From Ranitomeya imitator (lineage: Eukaryota), in contig NC_091287.1 in assembly GCF_032444005.1 (NCBI RefSeq), positions 112,964,001-113,028,000 of the forward strand: a stretch of 64,000 nucleotides of DNA, written 5' to 3'. The notes beneath the pieces are model-generated. The model was not told where the DNA came from and did no database searches. It saw only the letters and a program-made list of their open reading frames with translations. This document shows, one piece after another, positions 12,871-25,528 of the stretch (position 1 is the stretch's first letter; every line of letters starts with the position of its first letter). The position numbers and the translations under genes are program-made.

Positions 12871-15800
12871 TTAAACCTCACTACACTCGAACGCAGCAAC
12901 GAGCTGCGGAGCTCGAATGTGCTTAGCAGGCTCCGAGGACCTGTCTTCTGGACCATAACCCTTCCAGTCCACCAAATAAAATTTTTTACCATGTACCATC
13001 TTACACTCCAGGATAGCGTTCACCTCGTAATCGTCCGTAGACGAACCCGATGTCCTGGCAGATGACTCAGAAAACCGGGACATGTGTACGGACTTTAAGA
13101 GGGACACATGGAAGGTTTCGGTGATACCTAGGCATGGAGCAAGGGCCAAACGGTAGACCACAGGGTTAACCTGTTCCAGGACCTTGAAAGGACCCAAATA
13201 GCGAGATGCAAACTTAGTGGACTCTACGCGCAGCCTTATAAATACGGGTTGAGAGCCACACTAAATCTGGAGCAAAGGTCGGAGCAGGGCGCCGATGTGC
13301 ATCAGCGGAGACCCTCATTCTCTCCTTGGAGGCCCGGATGGCATCCTGAGTGTGGTCCCAAATGTTGACGTGCCTCCACAGCCCAGTCTGCTACCCTGGA
13401 GTCAGAGTAAGACACGGGCATAGGCACAGAAACCCACGGATGCTGGTCGTAGTTAAGGAGGAATGGGGTCTGCCCAATGGAGTTGGCTATGGCGTTGTTC
13501 AGCGCAAACTCCGCCCATGGTAGCAAGGATTGCCAGTCATCCTGCCTGGCTGAAACAAAATGTCAAAGATATGTGACCACGGTCTGGTTGGCCTTTTCTA
13601 CCAACCCATTTGTCTCGGGATGACATGCAGAAGAGAGATTCTGCTCAATGCTGAGGAGATGACAAAGCTCTCTCCAGAACCGAGATGCAAACTGGGGACC
13701 CCGGTCACTGACAATTTTGTCTGGCAGACCATGTAGGTGAAAGATGTGTATAATAAACAACGCTGCCAGAGCCCGTGCAGAAGGTAGCCGTGGAAGAGGC
13801 ACCAAGTGCACCATTTTGGAAAAATGGTCGGTGATCACACAAATAAGAGTGCAGCTACGGGACTTGGGTAAGCCCACCACAAAGTTCATCCCGACCATCT
13901 CCCAGGGCCTGTATGCCACCAGCAGGGGTAAAGTAACCCAGCTGGCTGTTGTCAAGGGGACTTATTCTTAGCACAGGAGACACATGCCTGAATATAGTCC
14001 CCGACATCACAGGCCATATGCATCCATCAGTATGTTCTCGTCAGCAGCTCAGATGTCCTCTTGGTCCCAAAATGTCCACCCATCCTGGATGAATGAGCCC
14101 AAGAAAGAACCTCCGGTCACAAATGTGAGGGTACAAAAGTCTTGCCTGGGGGCACAGACTCTAGCGAGACCGGAGCCATGGTTCTCAGGCTCTCAGAAGG
14201 GACAATAAGCCGAGGCTCCTCTTCCCCCTCCTCAGATGACACCACGGAGCGAGAGAGAGCGTCTGCATGAATGTTCTTCTCCCCGGAGTGAAAATGGAGG
14301 GTGAAATGTAACCAGGAGAAGAACAGGGACAATCTAGCCTGGCGAGAATTTAGCCACTGGGCAGTCTGAATGTGCACCAAATTCTTGTGGTCGGTATAAA
14401 CTTGGAAGGGAAAGCGAGCCCCCTCCAGGAGGTGTCTCCACTCTGAGAAAGCCAACTTCATGGCTAGCAACTACCTGTCCCCGATGGAATAATTCCTCTC
14501 CGCTGGTGTGAAGGTCTTTGCGAAGAAGAAGCTAGGATGCTTCCGACCTTGAGCATCCTTTTGGAAGAGGACTGCTCCAGCACCAACGGATGAGGCATCC
14601 ACCTCCATTATAAAAGGCTTACCTACATCGGGGCGATGTAGGATGGGAGCGCTAGCAAAATGAGACTTAATATAAGTGAAGGCTTTGGAGACCTCCTCAG
14701 ACCACAATTTGGGATTTGCCCCCTTCTTGGTGAGGGCAACCAAGGGAGCTACCAAAGTTGAGAAATGAGGGATGAACTGACAATAATAGTTAATGAACCC
14801 CATAAAGCGCTGCACTGCTTTAAGAGAATGAGGTCCTTGCCAGTCCATCACACCCTGTAATTTGGCAGGATCCATAGCCAATCCCTGGGCGGAGATGATA
14901 TAGCCAAGGAAAGGTAAGGACTCCTGCTCAAACACACATTTTTCCAACTTGGCATAGAGGGAGTTTGCCCGTAAGAGGTCAAAGGCTTTGCAAATATCTC
15001 TCCGGTGGGAGTCAATATCTGGAGATTAGATGAGAATATCATCCAGATAGACTACGACCGAGGTGGAGAGCATATCCCGGAAGATATCATTTACAAAGTC
15101 TTGCAAATTGGCTGGGGCATTACAGAGCCCAAAGGGCATCACTAGGTATTCATAGTGCCCATCCCTGGTGTTAAAAGCCGTCTTCCATTCGTCCCCCTCA
15201 CGGATGCGAATCAGGATATAAGCACCCCGCAGATCTAGTTTAGTAAATACCCTTGCTCCTCGAAGCATATCAAAGAGCTCAGATATCAGGAGCAGTGGAT
15301 ACTTATTCTTAATGGTGATGGCGTTAAGACCCCTGTAGTCTATGTATGGACGTAGTTCTCCGTTCTTCTTCTTCATGAAGAAGAATCCAGCCCCTGCAGG
15401 AGACGCTGACTTCCTAAAGAATCCTCTTGCCAGATTCTCCTGGATGTACTGAGACATTGCCTTTGTCTCCGGGAGAGATAATGGATAGACTCGACCCCGG
15501 GGAGGCTCAGCACCAGGCAAGAGGTCAATAGGACAGTCATAGGGGCGGTGAGGCGGAAGGGTCTCTGCAGCCTTCTTGGAGAACACGTCTGCATAGGACC
15601 GATAATGCTTGGGGAGAGATGAAAGATCTGCGGGTACCTCTGTAGTAGCAACCTGAATGCACTCCCTCTGACATCTACCCTCACAAGATTTACTCCAACC
15701 CAAAATTCTGCCTGTGGACCACTCTATATGAGGGAAGTGATACTGAAGCCAAGGTGTCCCTAACAGGACCTCATCAATTCCTTCAGGAATGACAAGTAAG

Positions 15801-16405
15801 GATATAATCTTCTGATGAGATGGCGACATAGATAAAATAAATGGGATGGTCTGGTGAGTAATCTGTGAGAGCAGTGTTGACCCATTCACCACTCATACAG
15901 TTACTGGCTTGGCGAGCATCACCAGGGGTATTGCGTGACGTTGGGCGAAGGCAGATGACATAAAATTGCGCTCCGCCCCAGAATCCATGCAAAGCTCTAC
16001 CGTAAGAGTGGATGGGCCAATGGTAATTGTTCCCTTAAAGGACAGTTTAGAAGAAAACGCCGCTATGTCTAGTGAACCTCCTCCTATGGTTACTAGACGC
16101 AATCGTTTTCCCGACCGCTGGGGACATTTATTGCCATAATGTCCTATCTGCTGGCAGACATTACAGACCAAGGGTATTCGAGCAGCCCGGGACTTAGGTC
16201 CCGCTCGGGAAACCTCCATGGCCTCATGGGAGTCGGACGCCTGAACAGGAGATTCCAGAGGACTGGCGAAGGTAGGAGCCAACCGGAACCTCTGCCTACA
16301 CTGGGTCTGCTCCATCCTTCGCTCATTAAAACGAAAGTCAATGCAGGTGGATATAGATATAAGCTTCTCCAGTGTGGAAAGGAATCTCCCTGGTGGCAAA
16401 GGCAT
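12871..16405 (-). pseudogene. pol: Gypsy 1 zinc knuckle and pol (PR, RT, RNase H, IN, chromodomain), frameshifted
   Basis: CNVCQQIGHYGNKC; MDSGAE; KLDLRGAY and YLDD; YTDHKNL; DFVVGLP-like, SDRGPQF and HPETNG; YEVNAILE...YLVDWKGYG. Confidence 0.92.
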
Positions 16406-16982
16406 CCTTCACATGGTCAGCCAGTCCCCTCCAGAACACCGGACTAAGGACTTTATCCGGCCACTCCAGCTCTGATGCCAAAGTCCGGAAGTGGACGGCG
16501 AATTGCCTGACCATGGACGAACTCTGCATTAATGCCAGCAGTTGGAGTGCCATATCATGGGTGACACGAAGTCCCATAAAGACCAGTTTCAGAGAGTCCA
16601 GGAAGCGAGGAGCACTCTGCACCACATGATCATCACGCTCCCACAGCGGCGTTGCCCACTCCAACGCCCTGCCCGACAGAAGGGATATGATAAATCCCAC
16701 TTTAGCCCATTCCGTAGGAAAAAGTGCAGCCAGGAGCTCTAGATGTATGGCACACTGGCTCACGAATCCCCGACATAGCTTACTGTCACCAGCAAACTTG
16801 TCTGGTAATGGGAGACAGGATAATGTCAGAGCAGGGATGGCAGAGGACAAACTGGCTGCAGTTACGCTAGCAGCCTGAACAGCAACTGCGGTGACATCCA
16901 CAGCTGAGGTTGTGCATTCTAGAGCCACCAACCTACCCTCCAGCTGCTGGATGTACCGTTGTAGACGCTGATCATCCGCCAT
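16338..16982 (-). pseudogene. gag: Gypsy 1 gag (PEG10/RTL1-like capsid)
   Basis: PLPDKFAGD...CRGFVSQC...KVGFIISLLSGRALEWA...F.RGLADHVKD. Confidence 0.9.
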
Positions 16983-17879
16983 TTACTAGCCAGACCCTGG
17001 CGCTAGTATTCTGTTATGGCTGGCGGAATGCACCGAGTAAATGTGAAGTTGATATTGGTGAGAGAGAGACCTGCTGCTAGTGAAATGGTACACAAGAAGG
17101 AACCAGAGCCAAGCCAAGCGACTAATTGCTCCCACTGATGCTAGCTGCCTGCCTGAACAATTCCCACGGCTAGATGGACACACTCCACATGTAGCCTGAG
17201 TGGCAGAAAATTCACTGGTGACAGGCTCAAACATAAATGATACTAGCACATGGCCGTGCGGCCATGCGAACATTTTATAGTTGCAGCAACTTCAGAACCT
17301 TCCTAGAGGACCAATGGGAGCTGCTACAGGACCTGAGCGTGTGATCCCCGACATTCCAATGAAAGGTCCTCCTTTGGGCATGCTCAGAAGGAGAAAAGTA
17401 GGACTTAGTCCCAGAAGCGTCTGCTTGCCACTGACCAGTACTGGCTACAATGGCTGAGCCTGGAAGGGCAGCAGCAACCAAGCACGCAGTATCTGCCTGA
17501 GACAGGCGCTAGGACCGATGTCTCTGCTGAGCATGCTGCACTGTGGCTGAAGAAGAATGGGAGACCGCAGCGGAGGTGGCTCAAGATTCCCCCTGTGCAG
17601 GGGCGGGAACTCGTCAATTAACAGAGGGTTTTTGGATATTTTTCCTGAATACAAGATACTTGGTGGAACTTAATCATAACCATAATTTAATCAGTCAATA
17701 TTGAGCCAATGTTTTGAATAATTAATGGTGGAGTTTGGGTAGTCTACTTCTTCGAAAATGTCAATATTGCTCCTCCAAGAAAGCTCTATACATATACATA
17801 CAATTTTGATACATAGATACTCAGGACCCTTCCCAGAAATAAAGGAGACCATATGAATGTAAAGTTCCAAAAACACATA

Positions 17880-18594
17880 AATTTTATTGAAAAAACACAC
17901 AGAATAAAATTCTCAACCTTAATATGAACAGGTTAATACATAAAAAGTACCTCCGAGCTAAAAAAAAACGCAGGTATCGTGTACTGGTGAAAACACATAT
18001 TAAAGCTGCCTATATGACCAATTTTATAACGTCAGGCCTAAGAACTGGCATAATGCTCATAATAGAAGGCAATTATATGATGATGTCATGAAAATCTCTT
18101 ATGCATGGGAAGCGCTATATATGCACCACTAGTAATCTATATAAGAACTACATATGAAGCAATGATGCCTACATGTTCTATCGTGTTCGCTATTAGCTAC
18201 TGCTGAATGTATAAAACAACAGTTTGTGCAAAGCTGCGCCACACCAGCACCAGTAATCACTGAAACCACATACTAACAGGGGTGTATGGCGGAATAACTA
18301 AAGGCTAATAATAAACCATGCCGCTGGTAAAATGCACATCCAAGCGGCTATCTGCATCAACCTGGACACAGAATGTGCCGATGACATGAACGATCGCTAG
18401 TAACCGCCCATAACCGAGATGTAAAGTAAATAAAGAGATCAAAATATAATGTGCCCCGGAAGAAGAATTCCCTCGAAACGCGCGTTGGGCAGTTAGCAGG
18501 TCCCGTGTCTGGTGTCATTTGGTAATTATATTTTGATCTCTTTATTTACTTTACATCTCTGTTATGGGCGGTTACTAGCGATCGTTCATGTCAT
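17880..18594. mobile_element. PLE pLTR-like segment ending in a 70-bp hairpin
   Basis: Inverted arms 18381-18450 and 18525-18594 enclose a hammerhead-like motif; AATAAA-rich end on the minus strand near 17880. Confidence 0.5.
18452..18491 (+). ncRNA. Minimal type I hammerhead-like ribozyme (variant core)
   Basis: TGCCC-CGGAAGA-AGAATTCCCTC-GAAAC-GCGC-GTT-GGGCA. Stem I is TGCCC/GGGCA, loop III is palindromic, and the core has G at the canonical U4. Confidence 0.55.
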
Positions 18595-19771
18595 GTCATG
18601 TTTTCAAACTTTTGATTTTTATTCTATTAAACCAGAGCGTTATGTCACACAAAATAGTTAATAGATAACATTTACCTCATGTCCACTATATATCAGCACA
18701 ATTCTGAAACATTTATTTTTGTTAAGAATTTAGAAGGGTTAAATTTCTCATTATTCCAACACAATGTAAGGGGTCTATATGGCAGAAAATACCCAAAAAT
18801 GACACCCTTCTAAAAACTGCACCCCTCAAAATCCTCAAAACCACACTAAAGAGGTTTATTAATCCTTCAGGTGCCTCACAGGAATTAAAGCAATATGGAA
18901 GGAAAAAAATAAACATTTCACTTTTTTCACCAAAATTTTACTTTAGGCCCACAATTTTTGTATTTTTACAAAAGTAATAGGAGAAAATGGACTCCAGATT
19001 TGTTGGGAAATGTCTCCTGAGTACGCTGATACCCCATATGTGGGGGGAAACTACTGTTTGGGCCCACAGCAGGGCTCAGAAAGGAGGAAGCACAGTTTGA
19101 CTATTTGAACGCAAAATTGGCTGAAATCGAGAGCGGACGCCATGTCGTATTTGAAGAGTCCCTGATGTGCCTATACAGTGGAAACCCCCCACAAGTCACC
19201 CCATTTTGGAAACCATTTTGAATCTTCAGGTTCTTCACAGAAATTTATAATGCTGAGCTTTGAAAAGAAAAAATTACATTTTTCCACAAAAAATTTCTTT
19301 TAGCCCCAAATTCTTTATTTTCACAAGAGTAAAAGAAGAAAATAGACCCCAAAACTATTGTGAAATTTTCTTTGAGTATGCCGATGTCTTATATGTGGGG
19401 AAAAACTACTTTTTGGCGCACAGCAGGGCTCAGAAGGGAAGGAACGCCATTGGACTTTTTGAATGCTAAATTGCCTGGAATCATTAGTGGATGCCCTGTC
19501 GCGTTTGGAGAGCCCCTGATGTGCCTAAACAGTGGTAATCCCACAAGTGACCCCACTTTGGAAAGTAGCCCCCTCAAGGAATATATCTAGATGTGCGGTG
19601 AGCACCTTTAAACCCCAGGTGCTTTACAGACGTTTACAATGCAGAGCCGTGAAAATAAAAAAATCTCAATTTTTGTTCACAAGGGTAACAGGAGAAAATG
19701 AAACACACAATTTGTTGTGCATTTTCTCTTAAGTACACAGACACCCCATATGTCAAAGAAAACTACTACTA
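18595..19771. repeat. Internally repetitive DNA-transposon-like element, left part (continues at 23986)
   Basis: Recurring units ACCCCATATGTG...AAACTAC and CAGTGG..A.CCC.ACAAGTGACCCC.TTTTGGAAA on both sides of the LTR element. Confidence 0.55.
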
Positions 19772-20952
19772 CAGGGTCCTGGTCATTGCAGTAATGTCAT
19801 TCTCCTCTAGGTGAGAGTGATGTTACGTTTGGAGGCAAATAAGGACAACTGAATCCAGGTATCACAAACATGTAACACATTTCACACTCCAGGCCACCAG
19901 GGGAATCTCTTGCTCCTATTTATTAGGTCACTCCCCACATTGGTAAAACTGATGATGGCCTGTAGGGAAAGTGAGTTAGTTGCTGGCTGAGCTTTGCTCT
20001 GGTAGTTGGTCCCTGACAGGGGTGGGATCCTGTCAGAGATCGAAGAAGAAGGACACGGAGCTGTGCATGCCCTCAGAGCTGCAGCTCCTAGAAAGAGACA
20101 TCAAAGGCAGAACTGTATTGCAGCAAGCGTGCAAAGAAGTCATAGCAAAGGAGTGGATATCTGAAGGGGACCAGCCCTACACAGACTGCCTCCTTCTGAG
20201 GCACATAATCCCGGTAGCCAGAACACCAAGGGAGCAACGACCCTTTATGCCTTGCTCCACAGACAGGCAGGACAGCTAATTTCATATTACCTTTCCACCC
20301 TACACCCAGGAGGCACGGTGGCACCCCTTAGAGGCTGGGGCATGATAGAGTCCCTATAAACCGCCTCAAGCCACCAGTCATACGGGTTTGTCCTATCCTA
20401 TCCGAGGGACAGAGAGAGAGAGACATAACATCTACAACAGTTGTGAGGACCTTATGAGAAGCTTAGCAGTAAGGGACTATAACACTGCAGAGCTAGAGGA
20501 AGGCTTCTAATTTCCACCTGGACAAGGGGAATCTGGACTTGCCTCCAAACCGGCCAGACTCTGCCTGCCCTGTGATCTGGTGCCCTGGACTGTGGATGCT
20601 GAAGTCTTCAGTAAAGGTAAAGAGACTGCAACCTTGTGTCCTCGTTCTTCACTGCGCCTCTCACCATCCTACCATCTACACACCGGGAAGCCCTGGGGAT
20701 ACACTTCACCTGTGAGAAGGTATAACATCTAGCTGCCATAACCTCATCCCAGTAGACCCCTTAAAGCAGCGTCAGTCACCCTGACCGAATACCACAGGGG
20801 GCGTCACGAACACAAACTTTATCCCTTTAAAGACTTACCATTTTACACGGACGTCCCAGGGCCACAGGCCGGGTCAGCCACCGTGACATCCCCCTGTGAA
20901 CCAAAGGACCCAGTACCAAGTACCCCACGGCCCCATGGGGACGATCCAACTT

Positions 20953-20970
20953 TGGCGTCACGAACAGGAT
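20953..20970 (+). promoter_or_regulatory. Primer binding site, tRNA-Ser-like
   Basis: TGGCGTCACGAACAGGAT is complementary to a tRNA 3' end ATCCTGTTCGTGACG-CCA, recalled as a vertebrate tRNA-Ser(CGA) isodecoder (not database-checked). Confidence 0.7.
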
Positions 20971-21148
20971 CTATTATAGCCTGAAAATCTGGTCATGTGT
21001 GCCTAGAGACTGTGCCAGAACTGTGCCTAACCGTGATTTGTGCTAAAACACTGTGACTGATGAACTGTGATTTGCTGCCAAAAATTCCCACCAAAACCAC
21101 TGCCATTACAGCTCCACGAGGAGCGCCGGAGAAGAAGGGCATGCCATC

Positions 21149-22447
21149 ATGGGAGGAGACTACCAAAGCAGTGCCAAAAGTGACACGCGCCCCCTTCGAC
21201 AGCTGCTATGTAAGGGGGATGTGCCCATCAGCCAGGGAGGTCCACCCCTGATTTGCAATGGCGGGAACAAGGAGGAGTCCCGCCCCCCAGAAAATGGAGG
21301 AACAGCGTGCATGTGCAGCCACAGATCCAGGAGCAGGGATGGCGACCAGAGGGTACCTGATGAAGTGACCCAGAACCATCTCAGGCGACCAGAGGCGGAC
21401 CCGGACTCGTCGCTACAGGAGGATCCAAACTTCTTGGATCTGCAGGTGGAGGAGCTAGGTCACCAACTCCCGGACGCAGAACTGACCGAGGTGAAGAAAT
21501 GGAGGTCAGCCCTGTGTAGGAAGATCGCACTGGAAGAATCGCAGTCGGGGCAGCAGCGAACTCCAGCGTCCTCATCAGCGGAGCGGACCGGCATCGGTGG
21601 AACCACATCAGATGCAGGTACAGAAAATGCCCCTGCACCAGTGACCGATCCTGCTCCAGTGACCGCTCTCCCTGAGCTACTGATCCTGCTTCAGTGACCG
21701 CTCCTCCTCCAGACTGCGACCGAACACCAGCCGTCGCTCCAGCTCCAGTGTCTCCCCACACCACTGATGAGACACCACTCCCGCTCCTAGCGACCGAGGG
21801 CATACCGCTGGACGTGAGCCCTAAGGGGGTGATCTTCAAATTGGAAGCTCCGAGAGATGGGTTGAATGGGTCCTATATTGGAATCCTCACCTGGGAGGAG
21901 TATAGACAATGCCTTCTCTTACACTGGAGAGACAGAAAGGAGCGGGAAGCCCAACGTAAAGCGCAGACCCACAAAACCAAACGATGTAACAGAAGTCCAA
22001 CGACGGGGGGGGTAGTAGTAGCCTTTCACCCGAAAAGGGGTTGGGGCTTCATTCAGGAATCAGGACTGCTGGCAGAAGTCTATGTCACCAGCCGTGATGT
22101 GGAATCCCATCTCCGGGAAGGACATCCTGACCGAGATTTGTGCCAAGGGGATCATGTGACCTACACCCGCCACTGAAGCGAGAAAGGCTGGTATGCCAGA
22201 AATGTTAAACGATGTGCACCTGCAGTAGCGCCACCTGGTTCCAAAAACAAAGACCACCAGCGCTATCCCTCCAGTCCCTGAAACAGCAACTCCTCAAATC
22301 AACACTACTACAACCGTGTGCATAATCACCACCACTGAAACTGCCGCAGTGGCAAATGCTATAGCTGACATCCATACTCAGACAGCTAATGACTTGACCA
22401 CACAGCAAACAACAACAAACAACAACAAACCAATGACATTGATATAG
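21149..22447 (+). pseudogene. Disrupted ~430-aa ORF with a cold-shock (OB-fold) domain at 22006-22212
   Basis: ORFs 21149..21697 and 21694..22176 overlap at a CAGTGACCG repeat. The domain reads GVVVAFHPKRGWGFIQE...EVYVT...LCQGDHVTYTRH*SEKGWYARNV, followed by a Thr/Pro-rich tail in another frame. Confidence 0.75.
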
Positions 22448-23985
22448 CATCAATGAGGACTCGGATACAAACCTTCCCAAGCCAGGAAGTGTTCGTTACG
22501 GACTGATGCCTTGCAAACTACTATAAGAAAACAAAGCAAATCAGAAAACGACCGTACATAGTTATTCAACTTTTTTGCTGCTTAAAACCGATGTGGGTTA
22601 TTCTTTAAAGGGGTCCCGTGTTAAAGGGATCCTGTGTTTTGCACAGTTATCTTCTATTTAAAGGACATTTGGATCATGGACAGTGAATGGTCCACAAATT
22701 TTCCGTTGCACCTAGTTGGCACCTCCAAGGTGCATTCTGGTTCTGACCACTTGCTGGCATGGGTAGGGCTGGACTTGCTTGTATATAGTTTGCACCTTCA
22801 TAAAGGTGCTTCCTACTGGTTTCACAAGAGAAGCTTTTGAAGGGAATGTTCCTGATATCAACGTGAAAGTTCCTGCTGTTTTAAAGTTAAGGACTGACTA
22901 GAGTATTATTTGCACTACCTCATTGAAAGACTTGAATGCTATTTGAACCCTTAAAGGGAATATTGAATCGTCGCACTTTGCTGAACTCGTGCTTAGAGTT
23001 GGTTTATCATGCTAGTTAGTCGGTATGTTAGAAAGTTAATGTATTAAAGAGAGATTGCCAGAAGGGAGCTTGTCGAGGAACATCAGCTAGGCGGAGCTGG
23101 GACGATGCGAGAATAGCCGAGCAGATGTGGGAGTCTGCAGCTCCTGGCAGAAAGAGGAACCTGAGAAGGAAAGCACATCATTCAGTTAGTTAGATAGTCT
23201 GAAATTGTAGAGCACTTTGAATAAATGGAAGAGAAAATGCAGTGAGCTCCTGGGGGTTGATAGACTGTCCTGCACTTGAAGAAGAGTAAAAGTAATCAGA
23301 TGTTGATTTGCACTTGAATAAAGAAAAATGCTTGATTTGCATTTAAGAGATAGTATACCTGTAAGGGTAATTGCATTTCATAGTTAGTAATTGTTTTCCA
23401 CTCTTATTAAAATGGGCCCATAATGTATATATGTTTTTGTTATGCAACATTCAAGAGTCCTCACCTCCCATAAAGGGAAGCACCAGTTCATATTAATTTG
23501 TTTTATAGCATTTCAAAAATTTGTATGTCTTTTGCTAATGTATTGTTGCTTCTTTTCCCAGTCCGGGAGTACTGGATTAAACGGGGTGGAGTGCAGCGCC
23601 CCAGGGTCCTGGTCATTGCAGTAATGTCATTCACCTCTAGGGGAGAGTGATGTTACATTTGGAAGCAAAGAAGGATAACTGCATCCAGGTATCACAAGCA
23701 TGCAACACATTTCACGCTCCAGGCCACCAGGGGAAGCTCTTGCTCCTATTTATTAGGTCACTCCCTACATTGGTAAAACTGGTGACCTGTAGGGAAAGTG
23801 AGTTATTTGCTGGCTGAGCTTTGCTCAGGTAGTTGGTCCCTGACAGGGGTGGGATCCTGTCAGAGAGCGAGGAAGAAGGACATGGAGCTGTGCATGCCCT
23901 CCTAGAAAGAGACATCGAAGGCAGAACTGTATCACAGCGAGCGTGCAAAGAAGTCGTAGTAAAGGAGTGGAGTTGGGGCGATCCA

Positions 23986-24900
23986 ACTTAACAGTGGAAA
24001 ATCCCCACAGGTGACCTCATTTTGGAAACTAGACCCCTAAAGGAATTTATCTAGACATATGGTGAGCACCTTGAACCCACAGGTGCTTCATAGAAATTGA
24101 CATTGATCTGTGAAAATGAAAAAAATATATATTTTTTCCCACATATTTTTTTCATTTTCACAAGGATAGCAAGAGAAAATGGACCCCAAAATTTGTTTTG
24201 CAAGTTTTCCTGATTATTCTGATGCCCCATATATGGTCAAAAACTACTTTTGAGGCACAGTGCAAAGCTCAAAAGGGAAGAAGCTCCATATTTTACAAAC
24301 TACACCTCCAATGAATTCATCTAGGGGTGAAATGATCATATTGACCCCACATGTGCCTCCAATATACCATTTTGTGGTAAAGAAAAAATATTTACATTTT
24401 TACCACTAAAATGTTGTTTTAGTTCCAAGTTTTTAATTTTTCTAAGGGCTAATAGGAAACAAATGACCTCAGTTTGTTGTAAAAATTATCTCCTGAGTGC
24501 GCCAATACCCTCCATGTAGTCGGAAAATACTTTTCAGGCACAGTGCAAAGCTATAGTGCAGATTTTACTTTTATGGTTTGCGGGTGCCATGATCCACTGG
24601 GAGAACCTCTGAGGTGCCAGAACAGCGGAACCTCCATAAGTGAGCCCATTTTACAAACTACACCTTTCAATGAATTAATTTAGGGGTGCAGTGATCATAT
24701 TGACACCATAGGTGTGTCACGGAATTTTAGACCATTGGCAGTAAAGAGAAAATAATTGCATTTTACCACCAAAATTTAGTTTTTGCAACAGATTTTACAT
24801 TTTTACACAGGGAAACATGTAAAAGTGGCACCAAAATTTGTTCCACAATTTCTGCTGAATGTAGAAATAACCCATATCTGGCTGTATAGTAAAAAAATTA
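23986..24900. repeat. Internally repetitive DNA-transposon-like element, right part
   Basis: Same repeat units as 18595-19771. Confidence 0.55.
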
Positions 24901-24949
24901 GTAAATCTTTCATGTTACTACTACTCCTGTATGTGAAAAGGCGCATCTG

Positions 24950-25228
24950 TTATACTCTTGCGTTTAGATCTTTATAGCTTTCTATAATATGCCAATTACG
25001 TCTTATTGCTGCACGGATTACATGATTCATGTTGGTATGTTTAAATGTGAAAGTGAACATCCCTGTATTATCCTTTTTTTTAATTTTAAACAAATAATTT
25101 TGGGTTTTCTTATATGTCCTGTATAATACTTCATTTAACACTGTTACTGGATACCCTGAATTTAAAAAACAAATTCTAAGTACTTCAACTTGTACAAACA
25201 GCTCATCTGTATTATTAATTCTTCTCAA
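24950..25228 (-). pseudogene. Penelope-like RT C-terminal fragment
   Basis: RRINNTDELF...F.NSGYP...L...IRRNWHII pattern. Confidence 0.7.
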
Positions 25229-25497
25229 TCTAAGAGATTAACTATAGGGAAGCCCTATTTTTTAAGATTTGGATGGGCACTTTTAAAATGTAACAGTGAA
25301 TTTGTCGCTGACAGTTTTTTAAATGACTCAATGACAATTTAACCCTCCTTGATTCTGACATCTACAAATTCTAAGGTATTTCCACTACAATTAGTTGTAA
25401 ACTTCATATTTACAGCATTAACATAATTTAAATAAGTGAAAAATAACCAAAATTCTGTTGCATTTCAGGACCATGGCTTGTTGGTGGGTAGGGGGTA

Positions 25498-25500
<3 letters not shown>

Positions 25501-25528
<28 letters not shown>
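25501..25528. repeat. (CT)n microsatellite
   Basis: Direct reading. Confidence 0.9.

Larger units (their letters stand above)
12067..17612 (-). mobile_element. Ty3/Gypsy chromovirus-type LTR retrotransposon 1 (decayed)
   Basis: 3' LTR 12067-12858 (TG...CA); PPT at 12859-12870; 5' LTR 17012-17612 with truncated outer end; gag-PR-RT-RH-IN-chromodomain order. Confidence 0.95.
19772..23985 (+). mobile_element. Non-autonomous LTR element encoding a cold-shock-domain protein
   Basis: 5' LTR 19772-20948 (first ~10 bp lost); PBS 20953-20970; purine-rich tract before the 3' LTR 23592-23985 (TG start, internally deleted, ends GATCCA); no RT or IN in the 2.6-kb interior. Confidence 0.85.
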
